Positions 17,454 through 27,289 of a DNA stretch of 64,000 bases are shown here, one piece after another (positions within the stretch are counted from its first letter, which is position 1; the number at the start of each line of letters is the position of its first letter). This DNA is from a virus (taxonomy: Duplodnaviria; Caudoviricetes): IMG/VR virus record IMGVR_UViG_3300049988_000245, positions 96,001-160,000 of that record; one strand, 5' to 3'. The position numbers and the translations under genes were made by a program. Under the pieces are notes generated by a model. The model was not told the DNA's origin, made no database searches, and saw nothing but the letters and a program-made list of their open reading frames with translations.

Positions 17454-19934
17454 TCAAATCCGGCAGGCGTCGCACTCTTCTTCGTCTGCGGAGATATTTT
17501 CGTCTTCGGCGACAGCTTCCTTCGCGTGAACGTCGATCTCACCGGCGGAATCATTGGTGTTGTTGTAGTAGAGTGTCTTACCGCCCCACTTGTAGTGCAG
17601 CATGATGTGCTTTAGCAGTTCTGACATCGGCACGCGATCGTCTTCGTAGAACTTCGGGTTATACGAGGTGTTAACCGAAATGGCCTGATCGATGTACTTC
17701 TGAAGAATCGCGCAAAGCTGAAGGTAGCCGAGCGGGCTCTTCTGGTCCCAGAGGAGTTCGTAGTTCTTCTTGAGCTTGCGAATCTCAGGAACGACCTGCT
17801 TGAGCACGCCGTGCTTGGACTGCTTCACCGAGACGTACGAGCGCGGCGCTTCGATTCCGTTGGTCGCGTTGGCGATCTGGGCGGAGGTCTCGGCGGGCAT
17901 CAGCGCCATCAGCGTGGCATTGCGGATTCCATACTTCTTCAGGTCGGCGCGGAGAGAATCCCAATCCAGGCGCTCTTCGTGGGCGATCAATTCGTCCACT
18001 TCGGCCTTGCGGGTGTCGATCGGGACGATGCCTCGATGATATTTTGTATTTTTGGAGAGTAGGCAAGCGCCCTTCTCCTTGGCAAGCTCCACCGACGCCT
18101 TAATCAAATAGTACGACCATGCCTCGGCGTACTGATCGACCAGGGCGATACCCGAGCCATCCGTGTACTTGACGCCGTTCTTCGCGAGGAAATACGCGAA
18201 GTTGATGATGCCGATACCGAGCGGACGGTACTCCTGGGTGTGCTTCTGAGCGGCCAGAACAGGGTATTCCTGATGGTCGAGCAGGTTGTCGAGGGCGCGG
18301 ACCGCAAGGCGGCAGATGCGCTCGAAATCGTGCGGCGACTTGATCACGCCCCAATTGATCGCGGAGAGCGTGCACAGGGCGATGCGGGACATGTCGTCCT
18401 CGCGCTCAACCTCGACCATGTTGGTCTTCGAGTACCAGGGCGTACCGGCCTCATCCAAACCGGATTCGGTTTTCACGGAGGAGCCGACCACATTGACGAT
18501 CGCGTTGTTCGCGCGAGCCGCTTCCATGAAGGTCACGAGTTCGGCCACCGGGATCGAGAGGCGCTGCGTCTGCACGGTACCCATCGGGGTCGTGGTGAGG
18601 GTAATCTCGCAGCAGAGGTTCGACATATGGACGGGCGCCACCTTCTCGTCGAACGACGAATGGGTGTTGGCGTTGTCCACGTTCATCAGGTAGATTCGGC
18701 CAGTGTCCTTGCGCTCGTTCACGAACGTGGTGAACAGTTCGAGGGCCTTGACCTTCTTCTTGCGCAGGCGGGTGTTGCGCTCGGCGGTCTCGTAAAGCTG
18801 CTTGAACTTGTCCTGATCGGCGAAGAACGCCTCGTACAGCCCAGGGACATCCGAAGGAGAGAACAGGGTGATCTCACCGCCAGTGATCAGTCGCTCATAG
18901 AAGAGCTTCGAGAACTGAACGCCGTAGTCCATGTGACGGACGCGGTTCTCTTCGACGCCCTTGTTGTTCTTCAGAACGAGGAGGCTTTCCACCTCAAGGT
19001 GCCAGATCGGGTAGTAGAGAGTCGCCGAGCCCTTGCGGACGCCGCCCTGGTTGCAGGAATTCACAGCCGACTGGAAATGCTTGAAGAACGGCGTCAGACC
19101 GGTGTGAGAGGCGTCACCGTTCCGGATGGGCGAGCCGAGCGCGCGGATCGAGCCCGCGCCGATGCCGATACCGGCACGCTGAGATACGTAGTCGATGACG
19201 GCGGCCGAGGTCGCGTTGATCGACTTCAGGGAGTCGCCGCACTCAATCAGGGTGCACGAGGAGTACTGACGCACAGCCGTACGCACGCCCGACATAATCG
19301 GCGTGGGGAGGGAGATTTCGTGCTTCGAGATGGACTCGTAGTAGTCCCGCACCCACTGGAGGCGGGTTTCCTTGGGGTATCGGGCGAACAGCACCGCCGC
19401 GACGAGGATGTAGAGAATCTGTGGGGTCTCAAGAATCTCGCCTGTGACGCGATTCTGGACTAGATACTTGCCGCGCATCTGCTCCATGGCGACGTAGGTC
19501 AGCGCCATGTCTCGCTCATGATTGACGAATCCGCCGATCTCGTCCCACTCGGACTCGGTGTAGTCGGTGAGCAGCGCGGGGTCGTAAAAACCCTTCTCGA
19601 CGTTCGTCTTGATCACGTCGAACAGGCGAAGCGCCTGAAAGCGGCCATGGACCTGCTTGCGCAGATGATAGTTGACCAGACGACCAGCAACGTACTGGTA
19701 GTTGGGGTGATCTTCGGAGATCAGGTCGGCCGCAGCCTTGATCAGAGTCTCTTGAATATCAGAGGTCTTCATACCATCGAAGAACTGAATCTGCGAACGC
19801 AGTTCGACTTCGGATGCGCTGACGCCGGACAAGCCCTCGGTCGCCCAGAAGACGACCTTGTGCAGCTTTTCCAGATTCAGGGGTTCTTTAGTGCCATCAC
19901 GCTTCGTGACGTTGATCTTCATACCAATATCCAT
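17454..19934 (-). CDS. nrdA: ribonucleotide reductase class Ia alpha subunit with ATP cone
   Basis: VTKRDG ATP cone, PTPIM, SSC, NLCCEI finger loop, PAETSAQ, C-terminal CDAC. Confidence 0.97.
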   Translation of the reverse strand: MDIGMKINVTKRDGTKEPLNLEKLHKVVFWATEGLSGVSASEVELRSQIQFFDGMKTSDIQETLIKAAADLISEDHPNYQYVAGRLVNYHLRKQVHGRFQALRLFDVIKTNVEKGFYDPALLTDYTESEWDEIGGFVNHERDMALTYVAMEQMRGKYLVQNRVTGEILETPQILYILVAAVLFARYPKETRLQWVRDYYESISKHEISLPTPIMSGVRTAVRQYSSCTLIECGDSLKSINATSAAVIDYVSQRAGIGIGAGSIRALGSPIRNGDASHTGLTPFFKHFQSAVNSCNQGGVRKGSATLYYPIWHLEVESLLVLKNNKGVEENRVRHMDYGVQFSKLFYERLITGGEITLFSPSDVPGLYEAFFADQDKFKQLYETAERNTRLRKKKVKALELFTTFVNERKDTGRIYLMNVDNANTHSSFDEKVAPVHMSNLCCEITLTTTPMGTVQTQRLSIPVAELVTFMEAARANNAIVNVVGSSVKTESGLDEAGTPWYSKTNMVEVEREDDMSRIALCTLSAINWGVIKSPHDFERICRLAVRALDNLLDHQEYPVLAAQKHTQEYRPLGIGIINFAYFLAKNGVKYTDGSGIALVDQYAEAWSYYLIKASVELAKEKGACLLSKNTKYHRGIVPIDTRKAEVDELIAHEERLDWDSLRADLKKYGIRNATLMALMPAETSAQIANATNGIEAPRSYVSVKQSKHGVLKQVVPEIRKLKKNYELLWDQKSPLGYLQLCAILQKYIDQAISVNTSYNPKFYEDDRVPMSELLKHIMLHYKWGGKTLYYNNTNDSAGEIDVHAKEAVAEDENISADEEECDACRI

Positions 19935-20046
19935 CTGTAAAATGCTCTCTCTAAATTTAAACGGGAGTTATTTACGCGAGTAAAAACCTGTTTAAAGTCA
20001 CAGAGAATAAAGAAAAATCTGAGATAAAATGAGAGAGCAAAGCCTA

Positions 20047-20514
20047 CTAAGGCTTCAGTGGTTCTGCAATTTCTTTGTCGATGATGATGGGGAATTCTGG
20101 TACGGGCAGAGATTCCACATCGAATCCTTCACCCGCGTCGTACGAGAACGAGATATGCGGGTTGTATTCTGGAAAGTCGTACGAGGCGCCACGGCTCATC
20201 GCGAGGTCGAATCGCGTCCGCAGGTACGAGGATTCCAGATGGAGCACCAGAACGGGCTTCTTCGTGTTGTGGTCTTCCCAGACCTCCCAACCGGTTGCTT
20301 TGGCTTCATGACCGATGTCGTGCTCGGCTCGCCAGAAGAGCGGCTTCTTGCTGTACACGATGGTGGTGTGATAGCGAGATGGGACGATTGGATTTTTGAT
20401 CTTGAAGTCATCGACAAACTTTGAGAGGTCTTTGACCGTCTGTTTGTCAAACTTCACGCATACGTACAGGCCGTTTTTCGGCTCTGAGTCTTCCATAATT
20501 TCAGCAAAACGCAT
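20047..20514 (-). CDS. acb1: anti-CBASS 2H phosphodiesterase Acb1 / T4 57B-like
   Basis: GLYV..KF, NP.VP, HTTIVYS, LVLHLESSYL, GASYDF..YNPHISFSY, EPLK align with recalled T4 57B sequence. Confidence 0.85.
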   Translation of the reverse strand: MRFAEIMEDSEPKNGLYVCVKFDKQTVKDLSKFVDDFKIKNPIVPSRYHTTIVYSKKPLFWRAEHDIGHEAKATGWEVWEDHNTKKPVLVLHLESSYLRTRFDLAMSRGASYDFPEYNPHISFSYDAGEGFDVESLPVPEFPIIIDKEIAEPLKP

Positions 20515-20576
20515 TGGGGGCTCACAAAATGATCCCCCAATGATACTATTCTGACATTCGAATTAGCAATAATCTG

Positions 20577-21041
20577 TTAAGATTTGCAGTCGATGGCTTT
20601 GTAACCTCGACCAACATTCTGCCAGCAAACAAGAATTTCCTTACGAGTATTAGGAATTTCTACAACAGTATCAAACTCATAGTTGAGCCAGAATTTGTTA
20701 TCTACTTGAACAACAAGCATCATATCGGAAAGATCATGATCCTTTACCAGTGCTAGCTTCAAACGAGAGCCGTCCCATCCGGATAGCCTTAGCGTTTGCT
20801 CCATTCCAATCGCTACACTATTGCGGCACCAATCGTTTTCCGCGATCATCTCCCAGATTGTCGGCCACGTCTTCGCATCTTCCGCGTCATAGGCAAAGCG
20901 TGAAAGTGGAGCTTTAGACCAGTGATTGGCGACCCGTGCAAGCTGTTCGTCCTCCGGCATACCCGAGAGGGAATTCCGGAGGTCTTTCCAATCTTTGAGA
21001 CGTTCGCGTGGATTCAATAGAAAAGGATTCATAGTACGCAT
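20577..21041 (-). CDS. conserved jumbo-phage hypothetical protein
   Basis: W..AP..WPTIWEMI.EN..C..S..GM..TL pattern. Confidence 0.55.
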   Translation of the reverse strand: MRTMNPFLLNPRERLKDWKDLRNSLSGMPEDEQLARVANHWSKAPLSRFAYDAEDAKTWPTIWEMIAENDWCRNSVAIGMEQTLRLSGWDGSRLKLALVKDHDLSDMMLVVQVDNKFWLNYEFDTVVEIPNTRKEILVCWQNVGRGYKAIDCKS

Positions 21042-21074
21042 AGTGTAGACCGGACTTTCTATGAAATCGATATA

Positions 21075-23393
21075 TTAGGTACCGAAAGCGCGGATAGTAA
21101 ATTCGAGAGATCGTGGGTCGTACATGGTGCCATTCTGGTTCGGTGTCTTCATAGTGATGCGATTCACTGTGAAATCCTGACCTGTCTTTCTCATAAATTC
21201 CACACGCGTTGACCAGTTATCGTCGAACGTTCCATATTGAGCGCTGGCGGAGACATGTACCGCAGTATCAGGAAGCGGAGTGGTGAAATTGAAAGTAAAC
21301 ACTCCGGTATCCTGTCGAACAATACTGGCGATATTCAGCAGCTTCGACTTTGTATAGTCGATAGTTCCATTATCGTTCACGTAGATGTAACATGCCACCA
21401 ATGGTGCGGTTCCCCCACCGCCCGATCCGCCGCCGGACGACGATCCGGCCGGACCCTGGGGGCCAGCCGGACCTTGAGGACCAGCGGGACCGGCAGGGCC
21501 GGTGGGTCCCGCAGGACCCTGGGGGCCAGCCGGACCGGTCGCTCCAGAGCCCGATCCATCGGCAGACGTTGGGACGAGAAGCCACGCAGAATCTGCACCC
21601 GGTACCGAGGGCGTGTTAGCCTGTAGGCATAGGTATGTTTTGCAATTGTATGTGACTGTATCGGAGTAATAATAGGCTGAACCCGTGGGCACGGACGATG
21701 ATGCAGGAACGTTAATCTGTGAGAAATAGACATTGTCAAACCCACGGAACGAGCTACCGTCCTTACTGTACGAAAATCTAGCAGTATGCGAGCCAACGGC
21801 TAGGGCTCGGCTCGTATACGTTTTATAGTCCGAGTAAACTCCGCTATCTTGAAAATCTTCTACGCCGTCGATTAGGACGCGAAATTTGTCATAAACGTTC
21901 TCAGACTGAAGAAAGTAACGCGCCGTTAAATGGTTATCAACGCCCTCTTCAACGACGAAATCGATGTCAAAGTATGTATTCTCGCTGTTACCGATTGTCT
22001 GCATACGCAAAGCGTTCGACGTTCCGATAGTCACATCCGGCTTAGATTCAACCACCCAATCAGTGTTTGAGAGTGAGAATCGGAAAGAAGACGGGACGGC
22101 GTTGCGATCGGCAAACTGAATGACGCCAGAGGCTAACACCGGAGGAGCGACCCATGCGCCACGGAAGCTGGCTACAGGCGCGGTTGTTCCACTGGACCCA
22201 CCCGTGATCACCACGCTGGCCTTCCCATTGCCTCCATTGGTCACCGTCACGCCGGTACCAGAGAACGCAATCTCGCTCACCGTGCTGATCGAGGTTGCAG
22301 CGGATGAGACCTTGAGTGGAGATACAGGGGCGGCCCCGACCGCCGAGATGGTGATCTCGTTGGTCGTCGTGGCCATGTTAATACCCGTACCCGGACGCAG
22401 GGTGCGGAACTGAATCTCGCGCGACGGCGTGATGGTGGCGAACAGGCCGAGGCCGGAGCCAACGTTCGAGACCGTGTAGTCAGTGCTCGACGTGTCGCCA
22501 TCCTGAAGCACGTTGAAGTCAAGCTTACCCTGGGTGTCGTTATAGGTGACCGAGATGCCAACCTGAACATCACGGGTGACCATTTCACCGACGATGTCTT
22601 CGATGTCCTCGCGCGAGAACTTCGACACGCCCTGGGTGGAGAATTCGCTCGACGTGCTGAAGCCGTTGTCGAATGGGCTCGCCGTGTTGGTGAGCGGTCG
22701 CTCCAGGCGGAACCACAGGTACACCGGGGCATCGAGCGAGGAGCAGTACTGAAGGCGGAAATAACGGTCGCCGATAGCGCCACCACGAATCACACGAAAC
22801 TGCACGTTGTCGTAAGCCAGCGCAGGGTTAATGGCGTCTGGCATAGTTAGGTCGAGACGACGGGCGGTGAGGGCATCGTCCTTGATCAGGGCTTCTTCCG
22901 CATTGGGTTCAGACATGAAACGAAGATGACCCGTGCGCAGAGGGGTGCTGTCGCGGTCGTCTGCTACCACGTGATAGTCGAGTGCTGCGACGATCTCTTC
23001 CCCAGGTAGACGAAAGGCTGAGGCTGTACCGTAAGAGCGCTCGACACGCACGTCAGTCCAGTCATCCACACCCGTTGGTGAGAGGACAGCCTTGAAGAAT
23101 CCACCGGAGCCGATATCACGCTGGAGAAAGCTGAAAATCCGCTGCAACGCGTCAGTGGACGCCTCGGTGAGAATTTCGAGGTTCTGGTACGGGAAAGCAG
23201 TGCGTTTGTAATTGGGTTGCCCATAGCTGGGCGTCTGGCCGATGAAGAGACGGCCAGAATCGACGGTGAACGCGATCTCACCTGTTGCGAGCGCGTTCTC
23301 GAACACCAGGGGCGTGAGGCTCAGTGGCTTGCCGGGCAGGTCCAATTCTGCGCCACGACGGTACTGAAGCTTGCTAACTTGAAAAACTGGCAT
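21075..23393 (-). CDS. tail fibre-like protein with collagen repeat and carbohydrate-binding-like modules
   Basis: GPAGPQ repeats; SENVYDKFRVLIDG jelly-roll-like motif; Y..SDTVTYN..TY.C..AN..PG...W CBM5/12-like segment; TAAATA upstream. Confidence 0.7.
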   Translation of the reverse strand: MPVFQVSKLQYRRGAELDLPGKPLSLTPLVFENALATGEIAFTVDSGRLFIGQTPSYGQPNYKRTAFPYQNLEILTEASTDALQRIFSFLQRDIGSGGFFKAVLSPTGVDDWTDVRVERSYGTASAFRLPGEEIVAALDYHVVADDRDSTPLRTGHLRFMSEPNAEEALIKDDALTARRLDLTMPDAINPALAYDNVQFRVIRGGAIGDRYFRLQYCSSLDAPVYLWFRLERPLTNTASPFDNGFSTSSEFSTQGVSKFSREDIEDIVGEMVTRDVQVGISVTYNDTQGKLDFNVLQDGDTSSTDYTVSNVGSGLGLFATITPSREIQFRTLRPGTGINMATTTNEITISAVGAAPVSPLKVSSAATSISTVSEIAFSGTGVTVTNGGNGKASVVITGGSSGTTAPVASFRGAWVAPPVLASGVIQFADRNAVPSSFRFSLSNTDWVVESKPDVTIGTSNALRMQTIGNSENTYFDIDFVVEEGVDNHLTARYFLQSENVYDKFRVLIDGVEDFQDSGVYSDYKTYTSRALAVGSHTARFSYSKDGSSFRGFDNVYFSQINVPASSSVPTGSAYYYSDTVTYNCKTYLCLQANTPSVPGADSAWLLVPTSADGSGSGATGPAGPQGPAGPTGPAGPAGPQGPAGPQGPAGSSSGGGSGGGGTAPLVACYIYVNDNGTIDYTKSKLLNIASIVRQDTGVFTFNFTTPLPDTAVHVSASAQYGTFDDNWSTRVEFMRKTGQDFTVNRITMKTPNQNGTMYDPRSLEFTIRAFGT
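21447..21541 (-). repeat. collagen-like Gly-X-Y coding repeat
   Basis: GPAGPQGPAGPTGPAGPAGPQGPAGPQGPAG; GGACCCTGGGGGCCAGCCGGACC occurs twice. Confidence 0.9.
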
Positions 23394-23421
23394 ATGTCAA
23401 AAAACCCCGTCGTTAACCATT

Positions 23422-24093
23422 TTGGTTATTTATTCGAAGCTTAAGGGGTTGAGATTTTTCGATTCTGATGTATCGTCGTTGGGCGAAGCTCCTTGCGAGG
23501 ACCCCATGGGCTATCAAAATCCACAAGAAGACATGATGAAGGAGGCGGAGGGTGTCGGTACTCTGCTCCAAAACCTTGAAGCGATGGGGATAAGCTGTCC
23601 CGAACTGATACAGGCTTCGATCGAGTCGGAAACGAATTTCGTCGAGGTGGTCGAAGCTCAGCTTAAGGCGGCTGGCGAAGTCCAGGCGATGATCGACGGC
23701 CTCGACGAATATACGAAGTCACTCGGCGAGCGGAAGGCGCGCTTCAAGAAGATGGTCGATCAGATTCGCGAGGGCATCGCGGAAGCACTCAGTCGGGCCG
23801 AGAAGAAGTCCCTGGTCACCGCATTCGGCACAGTCAGCGCCGGAAAGGCACCGGCCAGCCTTAAGGTTACCTCCGAGGCGCAGGTACCGGAGCATTACTT
23901 CGGCATGACCCTGAACACGGCCGATCTGAAGCGCGACATGGTTGCGTGGCAGAAGGCGTACGACGCGCTGGACAAGATCAAGGACGACGACGAGCGCACC
24001 AAGGCTCGCGCCGAATACGTGAAGAAGCACCCGCCCATTCCGGGTGCCGAACTGATCGAGGGTAAGCAGACCCTGACGATCCGGAGGAAGTGA
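23422..24093 (+). CDS. siphovirus Gp157-like protein
   Basis: Coiled coil then KKSLVTAFGTVS..KAP.SL.V..E..VP..Y and G..L.IR C-terminus; true start probably 23506 or later. Confidence 0.75.
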   Translation: MVIYSKLKGLRFFDSDVSSLGEAPCEDPMGYQNPQEDMMKEAEGVGTLLQNLEAMGISCPELIQASIESETNFVEVVEAQLKAAGEVQAMIDGLDEYTKSLGERKARFKKMVDQIREGIAEALSRAEKKSLVTAFGTVSAGKAPASLKVTSEAQVPEHYFGMTLNTADLKRDMVAWQKAYDALDKIKDDDERTKARAEYVKKHPPIPGAELIEGKQTLTIRRK

Positions 24094-25124
24094 TGCCCAA
24101 GGCCGTTGTGACCCCCGAGGAGGGGGAGAACCTGAACTTCGCACTCGATCTGGAGCTTTGGGGTCCGGATCATATCAAGAGGTGCCGCGAGCGCTTCCGG
24201 GAAGCTACCCTGGAAACGTTCATCGACGTGATGCGCAGGGCCAAAAAGCTTGGGCGCGATCCGCTCACCGATATTTGGCAGGCGTCGGACGGCGCTTTCC
24301 TCATGCACGCCCATGCGATGTTCGATTATGCCAGTTCGACCGGCCGTTATGCGCCCGGAGATACCGTCCCTGTATACGAGACCACTGAGAAGGTGGATTC
24401 GACGAACCCGCACGGGCTCATTCGCTGCACCGTCACGATCAAGGTCAAGACGGACGACGGCAAATGGCATGACTGTCCGGGCGAGGCATTCTGGGACGAT
24501 CTCGTTCCCCTGGTGAACACCCGGTTCGACAACGTCACGGGCCAATTCGTCGGCGGTGTGGTCTCGAACGCCTCCGGCTGGGCGTCGATGCCCCACATTC
24601 TGCTGCGCAAGTGCGCTTACGTGGACGCGCTGAAGCGCGCATTCCCGGAGCTTGCCTCGTTCACCGTTCGCGAGGAGAACGAGCGCGGCGCCAGCATGGA
24701 TCAGCAGCGCCCGGCCGCACCGAAGATGCCCTCGGCAGATGTGCCGGTGGCCGACCCCACCGGGGGCGAGCGGGTCGATCGGACCTACTACATCGACACG
24801 AACTGGCTCGACGGCGATTCCGAAATGGTCGCCGAGACCGATTTCTTCGACCGGGTTACCGCGTTCCTGGCCGGTGAGATCGAAGAGGGTCGCCCCGCCA
24901 GGGCGGCCGAGTGGTTCCGCAAGAACGAGCCCGCCTTCGATGAGTTCTGGCTGCGCGATCAGCGCCTCACCAAGCGTAAGAATGCCGTGGCGATCAAGAA
25001 GTACCTCTCGGCCGCCATAGACGCCGCTGCGGCCCAGGACGCGGCTCAGAGCAGCGAAGTGATCGGGGCCGCCCCAGCGACCATTGCAAGGCCCCGTAGG
25101 AGCCGTGTGAGCATCGTCGAATGA
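24093..25124 (+). CDS. bet: Bet/RecT-like single-strand annealing protein
   Basis: AKKLGRDPL..I, GRYAP, W..MP.ILLRKCA...ALKRAFP motif; coupled to Gp157 gene. Confidence 0.8.
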   Translation: MPKAVVTPEEGENLNFALDLELWGPDHIKRCRERFREATLETFIDVMRRAKKLGRDPLTDIWQASDGAFLMHAHAMFDYASSTGRYAPGDTVPVYETTEKVDSTNPHGLIRCTVTIKVKTDDGKWHDCPGEAFWDDLVPLVNTRFDNVTGQFVGGVVSNASGWASMPHILLRKCAYVDALKRAFPELASFTVREENERGASMDQQRPAAPKMPSADVPVADPTGGERVDRTYYIDTNWLDGDSEMVAETDFFDRVTAFLAGEIEEGRPARAAEWFRKNEPAFDEFWLRDQRLTKRKNAVAIKKYLSAAIDAAAAQDAAQSSEVIGAAPATIARPRRSRVSIVE

Positions 25125-25351
25125 GATGGATGGTCAAGGTCGTTCGGGTTGATCTCGCCGATGTGGAAGCGGATTCGATTCCACGTCTGTGTGAGGACGC
25201 CCTGGAAAACGCGATGGACGGTATCGGGGACAAGACGGTGGTCTCGATCAGCCAGAGTCAGGTGCGGACCACGTACGATTCGTCGAGCGACTATCGCTCG
25301 AACATGGTCGGGGAGAATTCCCTCGTCTATACGATCGTCTACAAGGCTTGA
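25121..25351 (+). CDS. hypothetical protein
   Basis: ATGA overlap with bet. Confidence 0.55.
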   Translation: MRWMVKVVRVDLADVEADSIPRLCEDALENAMDGIGDKTVVSISQSQVRTTYDSSSDYRSNMVGENSLVYTIVYKA

Positions 25352-25453
25352 ACGAATATGGCCCCGGTGAGTAATCACCGGGGCCATAATGTTTAATAAA
25401 TATACACACATAACTGAATATATTATCAGTATATAACCATACAAAGGAATACT

Positions 25454-26284
25454 ATGAGCGTTATTCTGAGAGGAAGATTCTCTTCCAATCTAAATGTCAG
25501 AATTAGACTTAAGAATGTTCTTCCAAAGATAGTAACAGGTATTAGCTCATCTCTGATCACGTCAAGCTCTTTTACGTTGTCGTTTGTTCGAGAATTAGGA
25601 GTTACGTATCAGTACACTTTCAATAATGGCGCTACATGGCTTAATCTACCTTTGGACGGTTCAATAACAGGATTGATTAGTCAGACTTCGTATTCAGTTC
25701 GAGTTCGGGGTGTTAACCGGTATGGTGTCGGCCTAATTTCTGCTGCGACTGTTGTGACGACGCTTTCGGCGTTTGCCTCGTTTGACCCAGCTAGGCTTGG
25801 GTCGGGAGTGACACTCAGCAACAGTAACACTACGGTGACCATGCCGGGCAGTTGGAAGAGTGCTTTGTGCACTCGGCCTAAGTTCCCAGGAACAGGGCGA
25901 TACTATCTGGAATTTCAAGGCGGAACTAATGTGAGAATTGGTATCGTTGATGGCTCTGTAAATCTTGAGACTGAAATTCTTTCTCAGGGATACCCATGTA
26001 TCTATCCATATGGTGGTATTTTATACAATAAGGGCAGCAACCAAGAGACTTCAACGGAGGGAAGTATTATTGCAAATCCGCCTCAAGTTTACGGAATGCT
26101 ATGGGATAGTTATTCAAGAAAAATAACATTCACTAGAGATGGTAGAATTCTTTTCGTGCATAGCACTTCTGACCAAATTTCTGGATCGCCGATTTATGCC
26201 GCTGTCTCGGCAATCAGTGATTCAATAACCTTGAATTTTGGTCCTACGTTTAAATACCTTCCGTCCGGGTATACAGCTTGGTAG
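25454..26284 (+). CDS. FN3 + SPRY/B30.2 domain protein
   Basis: Y.VRVRGVNRYG FN3 strand; G.YYLEF, VYGMLWD, IYAAVS, LNFG..F...P.GY..W SPRY pattern; AT-rich. Confidence 0.8.
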   Translation: MSVILRGRFSSNLNVRIRLKNVLPKIVTGISSSLITSSSFTLSFVRELGVTYQYTFNNGATWLNLPLDGSITGLISQTSYSVRVRGVNRYGVGLISAATVVTTLSAFASFDPARLGSGVTLSNSNTTVTMPGSWKSALCTRPKFPGTGRYYLEFQGGTNVRIGIVDGSVNLETEILSQGYPCIYPYGGILYNKGSNQETSTEGSIIANPPQVYGMLWDSYSRKITFTRDGRILFVHSTSDQISGSPIYAAVSAISDSITLNFGPTFKYLPSGYTAW

Positions 26285-26312
26285 CGTTTGATTTTTGGCT
26301 ATGATATGAATC

Positions 26313-26344
26313 GAAGACCCCTGATGAGATTATCAGGGGTTTTC
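26313..26344 (+). terminator. intrinsic terminator
   Basis: GAAGACCCCTGAT..ATCAGGGGTTTTC hairpin. Confidence 0.65.
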
Positions 26345-26365
26345 AGCTTGTGGTGAGTTAATCTA

Positions 26366-27289
26366 GTGAGAATCTACGCTCTCCTAATACTAACTCTGGT
26401 CCCAATAAATGCTAATGCGCGTGGGTTCAATGATTCCCGGCGAACCTCAGAAGAGGCCATGCGTACGGGAATCCCACAGAGTGTCGAGTCGGTACCGACC
26501 GTACCCGGACTTGACGTGTTCGGTACCACCGCGCCGACCGATCCTGGCGATCCCGGTGACCTCACGATCACGAACACCAACGACGGACGCATGGGCAAGA
26601 GTGGAGGAATCTTCCGCTCGGTCCAATCGAAGACCCAGCTTGGATACACGTTCGCACCAGATGCATGGATCGCGGTCGCGGCGTTTGATACCGGGACGCG
26701 CCTGCGAGGACTTCCAGACATCGGCCCGGACAAGGATCGGTTCAACTTCGACGGCGGTACCCTGGAATTTCAGTACCGGGTCCTGCATCGCTCCGAAACC
26801 AATCCGTTCGCCATCGCACTCGATGTGGAGCCCGCGTGGAATCGAATGGACCCCTACTCGGGTCGGACCGAAAGCACGTTCTCGGTCACCCCTAAGATTT
26901 TCATCGACGCCGTGGTGATCCCACACGTGCTCTTCTGGGGGCTGAACCTCTCCTACACCCCGCAGGCCGAACGTGTCGCGGGTCGTTATGTTCGAAGCTC
27001 GGGTACGCTGACCTCTACCGCCCTGGTCGTCCAGATTAATTCGGACGTGTTTTTGGGTGCCGAAGCGCGATATTTCGACGGGTTTTCATCTCTCTCGATC
27101 TCGCGAATCTCCGATCAGGCCCTGTTCGTCGGCCCGACCGTGGTATGGCAGGTGAACGAGAAGCTTGCCGTCAACGCGGCGTTCTCCCCGCAGGTGTTCG
27201 GTCGCGCCAAAGGACAGCAGACGGGCAAGCTCGACACTCAAGCGTTCGAACGTCAAAACTTCCGGCTCAACATCAATTATCAGTTTTAG
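26366..27289 (+). CDS. putative outer-membrane beta-barrel protein
   Basis: Signal peptide, alternating amphipathic strands, C-terminal NINYQF. Confidence 0.7.
   Translation: MRIYALLILTLVPINANARGFNDSRRTSEEAMRTGIPQSVESVPTVPGLDVFGTTAPTDPGDPGDLTITNTNDGRMGKSGGIFRSVQSKTQLGYTFAPDAWIAVAAFDTGTRLRGLPDIGPDKDRFNFDGGTLEFQYRVLHRSETNPFAIALDVEPAWNRMDPYSGRTESTFSVTPKIFIDAVVIPHVLFWGLNLSYTPQAERVAGRYVRSSGTLTSTALVVQINSDVFLGAEARYFDGFSSLSISRISDQALFVGPTVVWQVNEKLAVNAAFSPQVFGRAKGQQTGKLDTQAFERQNFRLNINYQF

Noticed and set aside
18384-18581. Intein in NrdA
   Set aside because: No Cys/Ser-1 block or terminal His-Asn followed by C/S/T, and it is too short for a mini-intein.
18240-19463. Long antisense ORFs over nrdA, topoisomerase, clpX and other genes
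   Set aside because: They are shadows of GC-rich codon bias on the opposite strand of well-supported genes.
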